Assembly (NCBI GenBank): GCA_036172245.1
Contig: JAYWIR010000004.1
Location: 2,852,001-2,916,000, forward strand
Direction of reading: 5' to 3'
DNA length: 64,000 bases
Source: Raillietiella orientalis
Lineage: Eukaryota
Shown here: positions 13,374 through 25,300 of the stretch, piece by piece
How positions within the stretch are numbered: position 1 is the stretch's first letter
Layout: each line of letters opens with the position of its first letter
Notes under the pieces: generated by a model
Told to the model about the DNA's origin: nothing
The model's database searches: none
What the model saw: only the letters and a program-made list of their open reading frames with translations
Position numbers and translations under genes: made by a program

Positions 13374-14719
13374 ATGAGAATGTTTAACAGACTTTTGCGT
13401 TGGCAGCACAAGGTACCACTTGTGCATTTCATATGTGGTTTGAGTCGCGCATTGAAGGCACTAAAAGTAACAAAGAAAGGTGAAACGGTAAGTCAGCCGT
13501 CATAGTACAAACCCCACAAAGTGTTCATTTGCCTACAGCTATTGTCATTTGTTGATTATAAAACAATAAAAGCAATAGGAGGTAATGGGGGCAAAGGCTG
13601 TGTTTCTTTCATGAGGCTATGGTGCAATCCCACTGCAGGACCAGATGGAGGTGATGGAGGACATGGAGGACATGTTTTGTTGAAAGTAATGCTACTTTCA
13701 GTCATGGTGTATTTTGTTGTATAGGCATCTATTAGCACAAAATCTTTAGTTGATGTGCATGATGTCTTGAAAGCTGATGATGGTGAAAAAGGAACCACAT
13801 GTAATTGTAATGGGAAAAATGCAGAACATTTAATTGTCAATGTCCCTGTTGGAACTCTGGTCAAGGACCAGGATGGAAAATTAGTTGGAGATTTAAAAAA
13901 GGATGGAGCAATGTTTATAGCAGCTAGAGGAGGAGCTGGGGGAAAAGGCAATTGTTTTTTTGCAAGCAGCACAGAACAAACTCCCCAAGTTGCTGAGTGC
14001 GGTGGCTGTGGAGAAATGTGCCATTATATTCTGGAAATGGCAACTATGGCTCACGTTGGATTGGTAAGCATGTAGATAATTAGTAGCATGAAATGTATGC
14101 AGATTGGCTTTCCAAATGCAGGCAAATCAACTTTGCTACGTGCTATAACAAGGGCAAGACCTCGAGTTGCTTCATATCCATATACAACACTTAAGCCACA
14201 TGTTGGGGTTGTAGAATTTGATGACTTCGAACAAGTAACAGGTTAACATGGAATATTGCTTGCTAAACTAGTTTTCAAACATGGTGCAATGCAGTAGCTG
14301 ATATTCCTGGATTGATACCAGATGCACACAAAAACAAAGGATTAGGCATTGCATTCCTACGTCATATTGAAAGATGTTTAGGCCTTCTCTATGTGATAGA
14401 CATGTCTCAACCAGATCCACAACATCAGTTGGACCTGCTTTTCCAAGAACTGGAACACTACAAACCTGGCTTATCCCAGCGCCCCCATGCAATCATAGCA
14501 AATAAAATTGATTTGCTTGCAGAAGAGGTAAAGTTTAATCAGATAAAGTCATTTTTTTTAACATGTCATTTTTTAAAGGATAAATTGCATCAGCTGGCTG
14601 CTGACATCAAAGGAAAAGTAATACCTATCTCTGCCAAATATGGAAAAAACATAGGAACCCTTCTTAAACAGATTCGATACTTGTGGGATCTACACCAAGA
14701 ACATGGAAACCAAAGCTGA
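13374..14719 (+). CDS. MTG2: Mitochondrial ribosome-associated GTPase 2 (Obg family, GTPBP5), ~370 aa; exons 13374-13487, 13539-13685, 13725-14063, 14103-14241, 14295-14527, 14579-14719
   Basis: Obg Gly-rich fold ([28 protein letters not shown]), G1 [10 protein letters not shown]2 YPYTTLKP, G3 [13 protein letters not shown]4 NKID; basic N-terminal presequence; all introns GT-AG. Confidence 0.95.
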
Positions 14720-14763
14720 CAGGAAGGTTAAATCAACGCTGGATTACTGTGAGAATCTGTACA

Positions 14764-14769
14764 AATAAA
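14764..14769 (+). terminator. Poly(A) signal AATAAA of MTG2
   Basis: AATAAA about 45 nt after the MTG2 stop. Confidence 0.6.
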
Positions 14770-14796
14770 CAACAAAATGGTATATTCAGAAAAGAA

Positions 14797-17700
14797 TTAG
14801 AAACTTGCCTTGGGTTGTTGAGTAACAGTATTAAACCATCGTTCCAAGGCAAACAATTCTTTTTCTTCAGCTACTTGGTGCACCTTGTGACTTGCTGGAA
14901 ATAGCACTCCAGCCACACTTATATCAGCTAAAGTAAAAACATCTCCCACAAGATAGGTATGATGCAATAATTTACTATGCAGCACATTCAAGTAATATAA
15001 AACTTCCTGTTGACTACGAGCGTTCTTCTGCATCCACCCAGCTACAGCTGGTAAAAGTTCATAACCTGCAAACATCATCCACTGCAGAATATGGCTTCTT
15101 TGTAATAAAGTGCTTCCTTTGAATTCCTGTGAAGAAACATATAGGGAGGCTGCAATCCAGTCTGTAAGAGAATCTTTTGCCGATATTTGCAACTGTAGAA
15201 AAGAAGATTCCTGTACAGTGACTTTGGTGCCATATGCAGCTGCCATTTGTACTATTATTCCTTTCACTTCATTAGGATCACAAAGAAGAGTCAACACATT
15301 TTGATTAGTAGTAGTAGTAATGACAGAGGTAGCATCACACTTAACAAGGGTCGCAAATTTTTGCTTGGCAAATTCCTCAGCTACTTTCATAGCTTGTTGG
15401 AGCTGATTAGGGGCAGAACCAACACATTGGGCACTTGCAGCTTTGCCTCCTGATTTGCCACAGATAATGCTGGCCACAGAAGCAACCCATTCATCTGCTT
15501 TAAGGCCACTATTTAGGCCATGAGCAGAAACAGAGGCTAAGACTACGACGTGTTCTTTATTTGAATCCACAGAAAAAAACATTGCTGACAAATTAGGAGA
15601 TTTGTTTCGTACCAGTTTCAATGCAGCATCTAGAATCTGCATCCATGCTTGATGTACCCAACTAAGAAATTCATATCCATTACCTTTGCTTCAGAACTAG
15701 CATTGAACTGATGAATCCAGAAAAGGTTCTTGACATGAAAAAGACATTGTTCGCATTGCTTCAGAACTTGTGCTTGAAGCATAGCTTTCCAATTACGCTC
15801 TTGGTCATCCAACGCTCTCTTCAATGCTTTGAGTTGATCCTTGAACTCTTCCTAAAATTTCAGTGGCTATTCAATTCTTTCATTCCACACCTTAATCCAT
15901 AATGATATAGGAGCAGATGCTACATCCTCACTTAAAGACGTTACTTCTTTTTTGGTAACCAAGCCTGTTTTGAAATTGTTTTGAAGCTGGTCAACTTTCT
16001 GACTCAATTCCTGGCTCAAGTTTTTTGCCTGTGAATCAAAAACATGAACATCCTCAAATGCTATTTCACTATACCTTTTGAGCTAGATCACCTGATAATG
16101 CCACAATCCTACGAATACCTTTTGAGATAGCCTCTTCACTAATAATACTCAGATGGACAAGGTGCCCAGTTGATAGGAGGTGTCTGCAACTCTCCATAAA
16201 ACAATCAATGACAACTAATCACTTACGTGCCACCACACAGTTCTACAGAGGTAGCGAAGCCTAACGAACTATTTGGATCCTTAAGCAACTCCTGGGCTGG
16301 AACTCCAACTGAGACAACACGCACAGGATCAGGATATGTCTCGTCAAACACAGCTCGCAATCCTTTGATAGCTTTTGCTTGCTTTAGGGGCACATGCTCC
16401 ATATATACCGGTTCACTTCTTTCAATAAATTTTTGCACCAATGACTCACACTCCTTCAGCTGCTCTTTAGTTACAGCCCTCTAAAATGCTTGTCAGTCTC
16501 TTGTAGAGAAATTTGCTGATTTACTGGATGAGAGAAATCAAATCGAAGTCGATCCGCAGCTACAAGAGATCCTCGTTGCTCAACATCAGATTGAATTATC
16601 TGATGCAATGCAAAATTGAGCAAATGAGTGGCAGTATGATTCTGCATCAATTGTAGACGACGTTTAGAGTCAACAAACATACGGACAGAGTCCCCAACTT
16701 GTAAATTTCCTTCCTTTAAAATACCTCGGTGGATTACATATCCTCCTTTTAACTGAACATCAAGCACGCAAAAAACTGCAGACTAAAAAAACAAATATTC
16801 CATTCCAGCTCAATCATTGATTTCTTATTACCTGTGCTCCATCCTTATACATAACACCATGATCACTCTCCTGGCCTCCAGCTTCGGCATAAAAGCATGT
16901 TTGATTTAGAATTAGTGCAGCTTCTTGCCCTTCCATTAGTTGATCTACAAATCCATTCTGATTTTTAATACACACCACCTGTCCCAAGCAAGGAGGAAAA
17001 GCTGAGCCCAATTTTAGAGATTATCCAACTCACTCACAGTAATGGAAAATTTGTTGAGAATCTGCTTCTGCAGCATATTGGTATTTAAAGCTATCATTTG
17101 AAGGAGGGATACTCTGACGCAATTCAGCAATATCATGGACATTCAAGCTAAAGTGCTGATCAGAAGCACTAGAAGTGCCCTGGGACAGCATCTGCGCTTC
17201 ACGCTTGCAAATTTCATAGCCTTCCATGTCTACACTTAATCCCTGCTCCTCACATAACAATACAGTAAGGTCCACAGGAAAGCCATGGGTATCATAAAGT
17301 TTCCAGGCAATGTGACCAGGCACAATTGTACTTTCAGATAAACCCTCTACAGCTCGATTTAAAAACTGTTCACCTCTGTTTAGGGTTTTCAAAAATTGAA
17401 TTTCCTCCTCATTTATGATATCCTCAATTAGCACATGATCTTTAAATAACTACCAAACCCATCCTTGCTCACAAACTGCAACTAAAACACTTACTTCAGG
17501 AAAAATTCCTCCTAGACTGTTGGCAACAACTGGCACTAGTGATCCAAGCAAACCAGGTGCAGCTTTAAACTTATCAGCTGCATATCGAACTGCACGGCGC
17601 AGTATACGCCGTAATACATATCTGATCTGAATTTATTTCCAAATATGAAAAAGGTGTTCCTACCCTCTCCCTGTATTATCTGGTCTACCTCCATCAGCAA

Positions 17701-18860
17701 GAGCAACTGTTAGAGTGCGAGCATGATCAGCCAACACACGATAAGCCATGTCAATTTTATCAACATCTTCAACACCTACTTTGCCTCCATACGGTGGCAT
17801 ACCAGTTTTCTTAAATCAACAATTGAAAACAAATTTTTCACACTATGCTGACCTGTTGAATCGCTACAAATAACTCACAAAACAAGTCAGTATCATAATT
17901 AGATGGGCAGCCCTGAACAACTGAAACCAATCTTTCTAATCCCATGCCACAATCAATGTGCTTCATTGGAAGTGGGAGCAGAGTACCATCTGCCTCTCTA
18001 AATGCTAGAATGAATAACATGATCAAATCCTTAACATTACCGATTATACTGGATAAATACTAGATTCCAAATCTCCAAAACTTCAGGAACATCTTGGTTG
18101 ACAAATGAAGTAGCATTCCTATTACCCACACGGTCATAATGGATTTCAGAGCAAGGTCCACAGGGACCCACCTCTCCCATTTCCCAGAAATTATCTTTCA
18201 TTCCAAAAGGTAATATACGGTCTTCTGGTATACTGTGACAACTTATAGATCAGTTGAACTGAACTGAACTTCTGTACCCTAATGAAAGCCAAATCTGACG
18301 GCACTCCTCATCAGCAGCTAGGCCAGTGGTGCTATCCCCACCAAAATAAGTGATATACATTCTGTCTGCATCCAATTTGTATATTTCTGTGAGTAATTCC
18401 CAAGCCCATGCACAAATTTCCTTCTGAAAGCAAAAAGATAATTATCATAACTATTAAAATATGAAATTAGAACTTCACTTTAAAATAATCTCCAAAGGAC
18501 CAGTTTCCCAGCATTTCAAAAAACGTATGATGATAAACATCTTTTCCAACATCATCCAAATCATTATGCTTTCCACCTGCTCTGATGCACTTCTGACTGT
18601 TACAGACCCTTTTGAGTTTTGCAAAATCACTATTAGGATCTACAGTGCCCAGAAATATACTTTTGAACTGAATTTCAAAGACATTTATATGGATAGTAAG
18701 AATTATGCTAGATTTTAACCTGATTCATGCCAGCATTTGCAAATAGTATCGATGCATCATCTAATGGAATAGTTGAGGATGAATGGACATAAGTATGATT
18801 TCTTGTTAAAAAGAATTTCAAGAAAGTTGATCGAATATCGGCAGAACTCATTATCTTCAT
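14797..18860 (-). CDS. AARS1: Cytoplasmic alanyl-tRNA synthetase, 15 coding exons, with an extra C-terminal GST-like domain
   Basis: [66 protein letters not shown], editing motifs NHTATHLL and ELCGGTH, C-Ala GKSGGK; 14 GT-AG introns of 36-55 bp restore the frame. Last exon 15636-14797. Confidence 0.97.
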
Positions 18861-19411
18861 GATTATTGCAGTGATTTTTGAATACTAATCTAACACCGAA
18901 GGACCTGAAATACATCCGAAGATTTCACGTATATTAAATGGTGAAAATTACTTCAATCCGATGCAATTCTTTTACAATCTTTGAAACAGAGAGGTAAAAA
19001 CAAATTCTGCGAATCCCTCCGCAGTAAAATCACCATTACTGTAGTATAGATTTCTTTCTCATATATTTCAACCGTCCTACTGTGTCATGCATACACATGT
19101 CCGAATCAATGAGAAGTTGAACCAGAGATGCAGTTCTGGAGCTTAAGAAACGTTACGTATTCCTGTACTGACGGTAAGCAGAAACTAAGAATTCACAAAC
19201 TTGCAATCAACTTTATTTAGAGAATGCGCAAGCTTCAAGGAAAAAAAAAAAAAATCCATTCCAAAATAACATGAATAAGACATTCACAACAATTCGGAAT
19301 AAACTGAACACATTTCCTAAAAACGACGAATACAATAACCAATTACATTACAATTATAAAAAAAATATGCAAGCTTTACAAATGAATTGTGCTGATAACA
19401 CTATGCTTCGA

Positions 19412-20195
19412 TTATTCGATTTCAATCTTAATTTGATGTGATAAAACCGTCATTGACTTGGCATCCACTTTAACGTGCCAACCCTTCTTGGGGGGGAAAC
19501 CACGTGCCTGCGCTTCGTACGTGAAACAAAACAGCGTACTCTGGCGAAGCTTAATGAATTGGGAGGCTCCAGACTTTTTGCCTTGAAGTTCTATATGTTA
19601 CAGCATGTTCGTCTTTTATTACATCATTCTGTGTAACAAATGTATTCTACGATTGATAAATATTCACCTTTCAATACTTCCAAATATATATGTAGCACAA
19701 CTTGGAAATTTCCTTTAACCCGAGGATCGATGTTTTGATTTGCGTTTGAATTTCGTTTCCAGAAATCGAAATGTAAAAACTGATGTTTTCCTTTCACAGG
19801 AATTGCAGAACTCTGATCATGGGATAAATGAAGTGCTTTAGTTTGCAGCCAAATTGAGGGTAACACAAGCTAGAGATTCTTTTTTACAAGCAAAAACGTG
19901 CAAATCACGATTGCTTCCAGTATCCTCTGATCTCAATATGAGCACAATTTTTGATAAAAATTATGGTGAATTATTTAAGCTTCGTTGAGGGAGGAGCCAA
20001 CAACAGAAATGTGTCTAGAGAAAGATAAATTTCATATTTTCTTGCAGTCAGATTACGGAAAATGGCTTAAGAAATAAGCATTGCCTTAAGTTTATTTAAG
20101 GTATGGAAACGCACAATTAAAGTATTCCAGAAAATTAAGTATAATTGTAAATGACGAATACACTTTTGAAAAATCAAGCGAATGATTGGATACAT
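19412..20195 (-). CDS. Putative 3-exon orphan gene, ~153 aa, N-terminal hydrophobic signal/anchor; exons 20195-20115, 19869-19668, 19590-19412
   Basis: Phase-compatible GT-AG junctions (att|gtgcgt..tctctag|ctt; aaag|gtgaat..atatag|aa) give an open 462-nt CDS; TATAAA at 20231-20226 and AATAAA at ~19218-19213 on the minus strand. No homology recognised. Confidence 0.5.
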
Positions 20196-20555
20196 CTGAA
20201 TAATGTGAAAAAGAATTCATCAGTCTTTATAGAGGAATAATTGATTGAAAATGTGCGGGTTCTTGGACTGTCGTTGGGTCTCAAACACGACTGTGACTTT
20301 ACTGATGGAAACAAGCTGGTTCAATGAACTCATGTCGACATTACATTCCTAGTAAGGCATGCCATTTTTTTTCATCTACAATGAGAAAAAAATTCTTATT
20401 GATTACATCTCAGAAGTAGTCTTCTAAGTTTACAAATATACGATGACATTTATGTTGCATTTTGAAGTAGACCAAAATATGCTTCAACCAGAGTAATCCT
20501 GCCACTGATAAACGCGCGAATGATACCCAATTGAAAAGGTCAGCCCTGTAAGTTT

Positions 20556-22376
20556 ATGGCCCATGCTTGTAAGAGGTATGAAGATCGTATAATGAAATGC
20601 ACTGTCATGATTTGGGTAATTCTCATTCATGTAGAAAGCTTGAAGATGTCTTGGAGAAAGTACATATCGCAAAAGTGGATCAGAACGAGCTAACAGGAAT
20701 TTCACAGGCAATATATTTCACCGAGACAAAAAATTTAAGTGATGGCATTTTGATTGAATTGAATCCACAGCTTGAAGATTACATCATTAATGGCAAAGTG
20801 TAAGTCTGAATTAGTAAACCTATGTTTAACGAGTATTTGGCATTTAGTAGCATCACTACTAAGGATGCTTCTGCTTTCTATTAACCTGATTTGATTTAAA
20901 TGGATTAAAGGAACTGTATATTAAAATACTGCTCTATTTTAGATTAACACTCAGAGGGGAGCTACACGAAAATGCATGTATCTGTACAGCAGACGAAACT
21001 TTTGAGCTCAAAAAAGTTGAAACATCAGACACTCTATTACTATTGGAAAATGTCTTGAGACCTGAAGACACCAAGTCATCTGCTGGTAAGCAGTTATGCA
21101 AGCAAGAGGTAAAGTAACCAGCTTTCTAAATTGAGTTTTTTGGAGTTTTGTAACTGAAAACTAAGTTGTTCAACTAAGTGTAGGATTTTAAGAATCATTT
21201 CTTAGAATCTGTTTATGAAATTAACTAATCATATGGTGATTGAAACAAATATTGCGATGGATTTATCGATTTGTTTTGTTGAATTAAATTATTTATGTAC
21301 ATAATCTACACTGATGAAAGGTCTTTTATTGGCAGCATGAATCCTGTTTGCACAGGGTTTTGAAAAACATCTAGTAAATGTTTTTATTCATTAATATGAT
21401 TTAGTAATTGCATATTTTGAGGTATGTGGAATGCATTCATCATTTCTGGAAGCGAAAAAAATTGTGCCTTCTCAGCAAAAACTGAGAAATCTGCTTTTAC
21501 AAAGTGCTTACCGAGGTATTGCAGAAGAAGAGAAAATAACTCATCCCAAGTTTTCCACTTATGACTTCAAGCAAATTATTCAAGCCAGTGAAGCTGAACT
21601 GATGATTACTTTGCAGAGATTGCATGCCTTCAATCTGAATGGATTTTGGAGAGTTCTAGATTTCGATTATCAATTTTCTGTAGTTTCACTGATTCTGAAA
21701 TTTATAAATGAGAATTCATGGGATCTAACAGCCATCCGTAAAGATGAAATTGTGACTGAACTCGCTGTATTAGAACCAGCAGATATTCTTGAGCATTGCT
21801 GCAAATTGATTCTGAGATCAGTTAGTGAACAAGGTGTGTACTGATTCTGGTTACAACTAATAAGCAATCATCAGAACACTCACTGTATTCCTTGCATGAT
21901 AGTGTGGTGTGCAAGATTTTAGGTGAAATGTTGTTAAAGTCTGCTGGTCAGTTTCATTTGCAAGAATTTGAGCAGATTTGGCAGCAAAGTGTGCCAGAAG
22001 GTAGATTCAGCACAATATAAATGCAACTGTGGCTGACACATGTATAGGTTTGACGACTCACTTGTCACAACTAGAAGGATTAGCCCTAGTCAATCGTTCC
22101 ACACATCCAGAAATCATAATATATTTTCCAGTGTCCAGCTTGCCAGATGAACCATCAGAGCGATTTCGGTGCCTTTTTGAAGTCCAGGATAAATGGACCT
22201 ATGAGCAAATTCAGCCATATCTCTTGTAAGTCACTTGTTGGATTCAGTGTCTTTATTTATCAGTTTTCAGGGACTTAGCCCAAGATTCCAAACATGTTAG
22301 TGTGTTGCTTACCAGATATGCTCGTATTTCTCATGGTGATGGGAATAAGTATTACTCATGTAAACATGGAAAGTAA
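20556..22376 (+). CDS. DSCC1: Sister chromatid cohesion protein DCC1, ~388 aa; exons 20556-20575, 20635-20799, 20943-21085, 21405-21833, 21875-22000, 22048-22225, 22271-22376
   Basis: LRGELHENACICTADETFELKKVETSDTLLL, IQASEAEL, GFWRVLDFDY, WQQSVPEG, LEGLALV, ERFRCLFEVQDKWTYEQIQPY, LLTRYAR match the Dcc1 family. First exon less certain. Confidence 0.92.
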
Positions 22377-25300
22377 AAGATGGCAATGGTTGTTCTTTGC
22401 ATCTCAGATTGGCACAGGCTCTGTACCTTGTAAAGCACAGTTTAAAATGTGTCAAAAAATTAGTGACTAGCAGACTTCTAAGCCTTAAATAGTAGTATAT
22501 TCCGTTTAAAGGAAATGTGATAGAATCAAGTTGGAAGTAAGAAATCAACTCATGTCTCCAAAGTGCCTTCCTAAGTTTTGAATTTTGGTAGCAAGAAAAA
22601 TACATTCTAAAAGCCTTAATTTATTTTCGCCATTTTTTGCTTTAGAAAAAGAACTTCATTTGGAAAAGTGCAAAAAAAATGTATATTATTGAAAGTTTAT
22701 CATTTCGGTGCTTAAATTCTTTTACATTCATTTTTCCTCTTTTTAACATCCTTTCAGCTGTATCATGGTGTTTACTTACCTCCAGTCAAGTTTCAGTGTA
22801 AGTTTTCCTGCCTCTCTTTTCGTTGAAAACTCGCATTTATATGGAGTGAATGAATATGTCAAACCGGGTAAATAAACGCGGTGAAATGAGCATAATTTCG
22901 GTCCATGGAGTAAAGAATTATTAAAATTACCTGCATGCTTATGAGCATGGCTTGATAAGCAAGGCTTCTTCAGCCTAAATTTTCTGCATCTCATTTGGGG
23001 CAGTTGAGTCAAAACAAAAGTTCATCTGAAGAATCATCGGTGCATTATGCAGAGTATGATAATTATGTACGTACTGTAGTGTGGAACTCGATTTCAAGAA
23101 ATGAAAAACTGGCTCCGCCTTGCTACGCCTTCAGCAGGTGCCCTACTGCACGAGCGGAATGTGAGCTTAGGATTTTAAATGAACCAAGTGATTCTAAAAG
23201 CCCTGGTTGGCTTGAACGTTAAGGAATAGTTTGAGTAAACATTGTATCAAAGTAGCATGTTTAGCTTCGGAAAGGAAGGCGGAAGAGCAGTGGTGGGTCA
23301 AGAAGTTGGGACTGTAGTTTCCAAGACCAACATTGAACCCTCCAATTAAAAATTGCAAGTGATGAAGGGATGATATTGCCCGTAAGCTTAACATACATTT
23401 ATCAAAATTAGCCTTTATCGATAATTGTGTAGTTTACTGTTGATACATTGTAATGCATCAGCGTTGCATTTTCAAAAATTCATTATCACTTTTTTCATGG
23501 CATATTGCGTCTCGAGCGCGTCTTGCGAATAGTAAATTTCAAGGAAAAGTCCGTTCCATGATCTTTATCGTATATTATGTGGAAATTGTACCGTTAATGA
23601 GCTTCCCCAGTGTGGAGACACGGGAGGTGCAAGACGCGAGGCCAAATAGATTTCCTGCTTTTTTCCGGTTCAAGCTAGGAGCACTCAAAGCATGATGAAA
23701 ATCATGGGCGGTGGACCGCTGCTGTAGACTACGATTTTTGATCACCTCTTCGATTCTCTGCCACTTCGTTCCTCTTCGAAGTACTCACAGAATTTTTCCG
23801 GATACGTGTGTGGCCCATACCCAACTTTTCCTTAAGAATCACCGTTCCCTTCGGGACTACACGAGGCGAGGGCGTCGGAGCTCAACACCTTGATATGCAT
23901 GGCCTCGGCTCAAAACGAGGAAAGATGAAAGACTTGACTTTAGTTGGTGGTTCTGCCCGGTGCCGTGCTTAGTTTTATGTGAATAGGATTCCCATTCTAG
24001 TACACTCATAATCATCCTAATTAACCGCGTCATTCATTTTCTTAATCACATAAAAGGAACAACACCACGTCATCGATTATGATGATATGATGTAGTAAGT
24101 TTATTTTGAGATCAAGAAATTGTAAGGAAAATGGAAACTTCCTTTATTCGTGTTTCTTCTGTTTATTGTCATGTGCTTTGTGATTATTCCTGTACGTGTA
24201 TTTGCACTTTAAGGGAAACAATTCGAATGAAAAAAAGCGGCTGTCTCCGCAGCTGAAAAACTATTAGGCTTTAAAGGTATGCAGTAATTGCCACTTGTAC
24301 AACAGTTTCTTAACACCTTCGCCAACCTGAAATAGATTCACTGTACCACTCACCGTTTGCGTACATTCGAAAATCCACGGCGACGAGCCGGGAGTTCAAA
24401 CTTTACGAACGTAATGCGACAGAAATTGGGAACTCTTACAACAAAACACTTTGTATACGGGATAGTCGCCATGCCGCCCCATGAATTTCCACCCATACTA
24501 ACGAGTACAAAGTTCCATTTTGAAGAAAATAAGTCTTCTTCAGGAAGAGGAAAAAAAAAAAAAAGCTTGTTTATTTCAAATGACCTCTCAAGGAATGAAA
24601 CCTGAAGCATCCCACACGACCAGGGCACATCAAGTGCCCACAAAGAATGGGACACCAATTGGGAAAAGGTTCACACAACCGATTGCTGCTCACCTTTCCT
24701 TTTGCTGTATTAATTGCCTGACATCAGATTTGTCAGGCAACGAATTGTACTGATACTTTAAAGCAACTCCACAAACAATAAAAAAAAGATGCGAAGAACT
24801 GCCCTTAAAAAAAAAGAAATAAAGTTACAAATGTTGCTCACTGGAAAATCCAGATTTTAATGAGGAATGCTAAAAGAAATGGCTGCATTCAAGGAAGGGG
24901 GAATTTATTTTGTATCGCATATGCGATGTAATGTTTCTTCTTGTACTTTCGATTGCTGGATCACTGATCATCACGAGTAAAGAGAACTACATGTAGGAGC
25001 AAGGCTAAGAAAGTACGACTGGAGTTTTTTTTTAATTGATTGATTGATGTTCCGACCGAATGGAAAGAGCACTGTGGGAATGTGCGTCCAGCGAAAAGCA
25101 CGGTGATTTTGCTAAAAGACAGTGAAACTTTGCGTGGGCAGAGGGAACATTTTTTATCTTGGTATATGTCTGGATGAAACCTTTCTCTATTTGAAAACAC
25201 TGCTATGGAAACTTGCAGTAATGGACTGTCGTCGAAGGCTTTGCTTCTTTGAAGGATCTTGTGTAGTTTGGGTTGTTTCATTCGATTTTACTGATGAATT

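Noticed and set aside
21109..21421. Apparent GAG-acceptor intron in DSCC1
   Set aside because: Canonical pair 21086 (gtaagc) / 21404 (tttag) keeps the frame and fits the family alignment.
23218..23226. Perfect U12 branch point TTCCTTAAC on the minus strand
   Set aside because: No matching RTATCCTT donor found upstream; probably chance.
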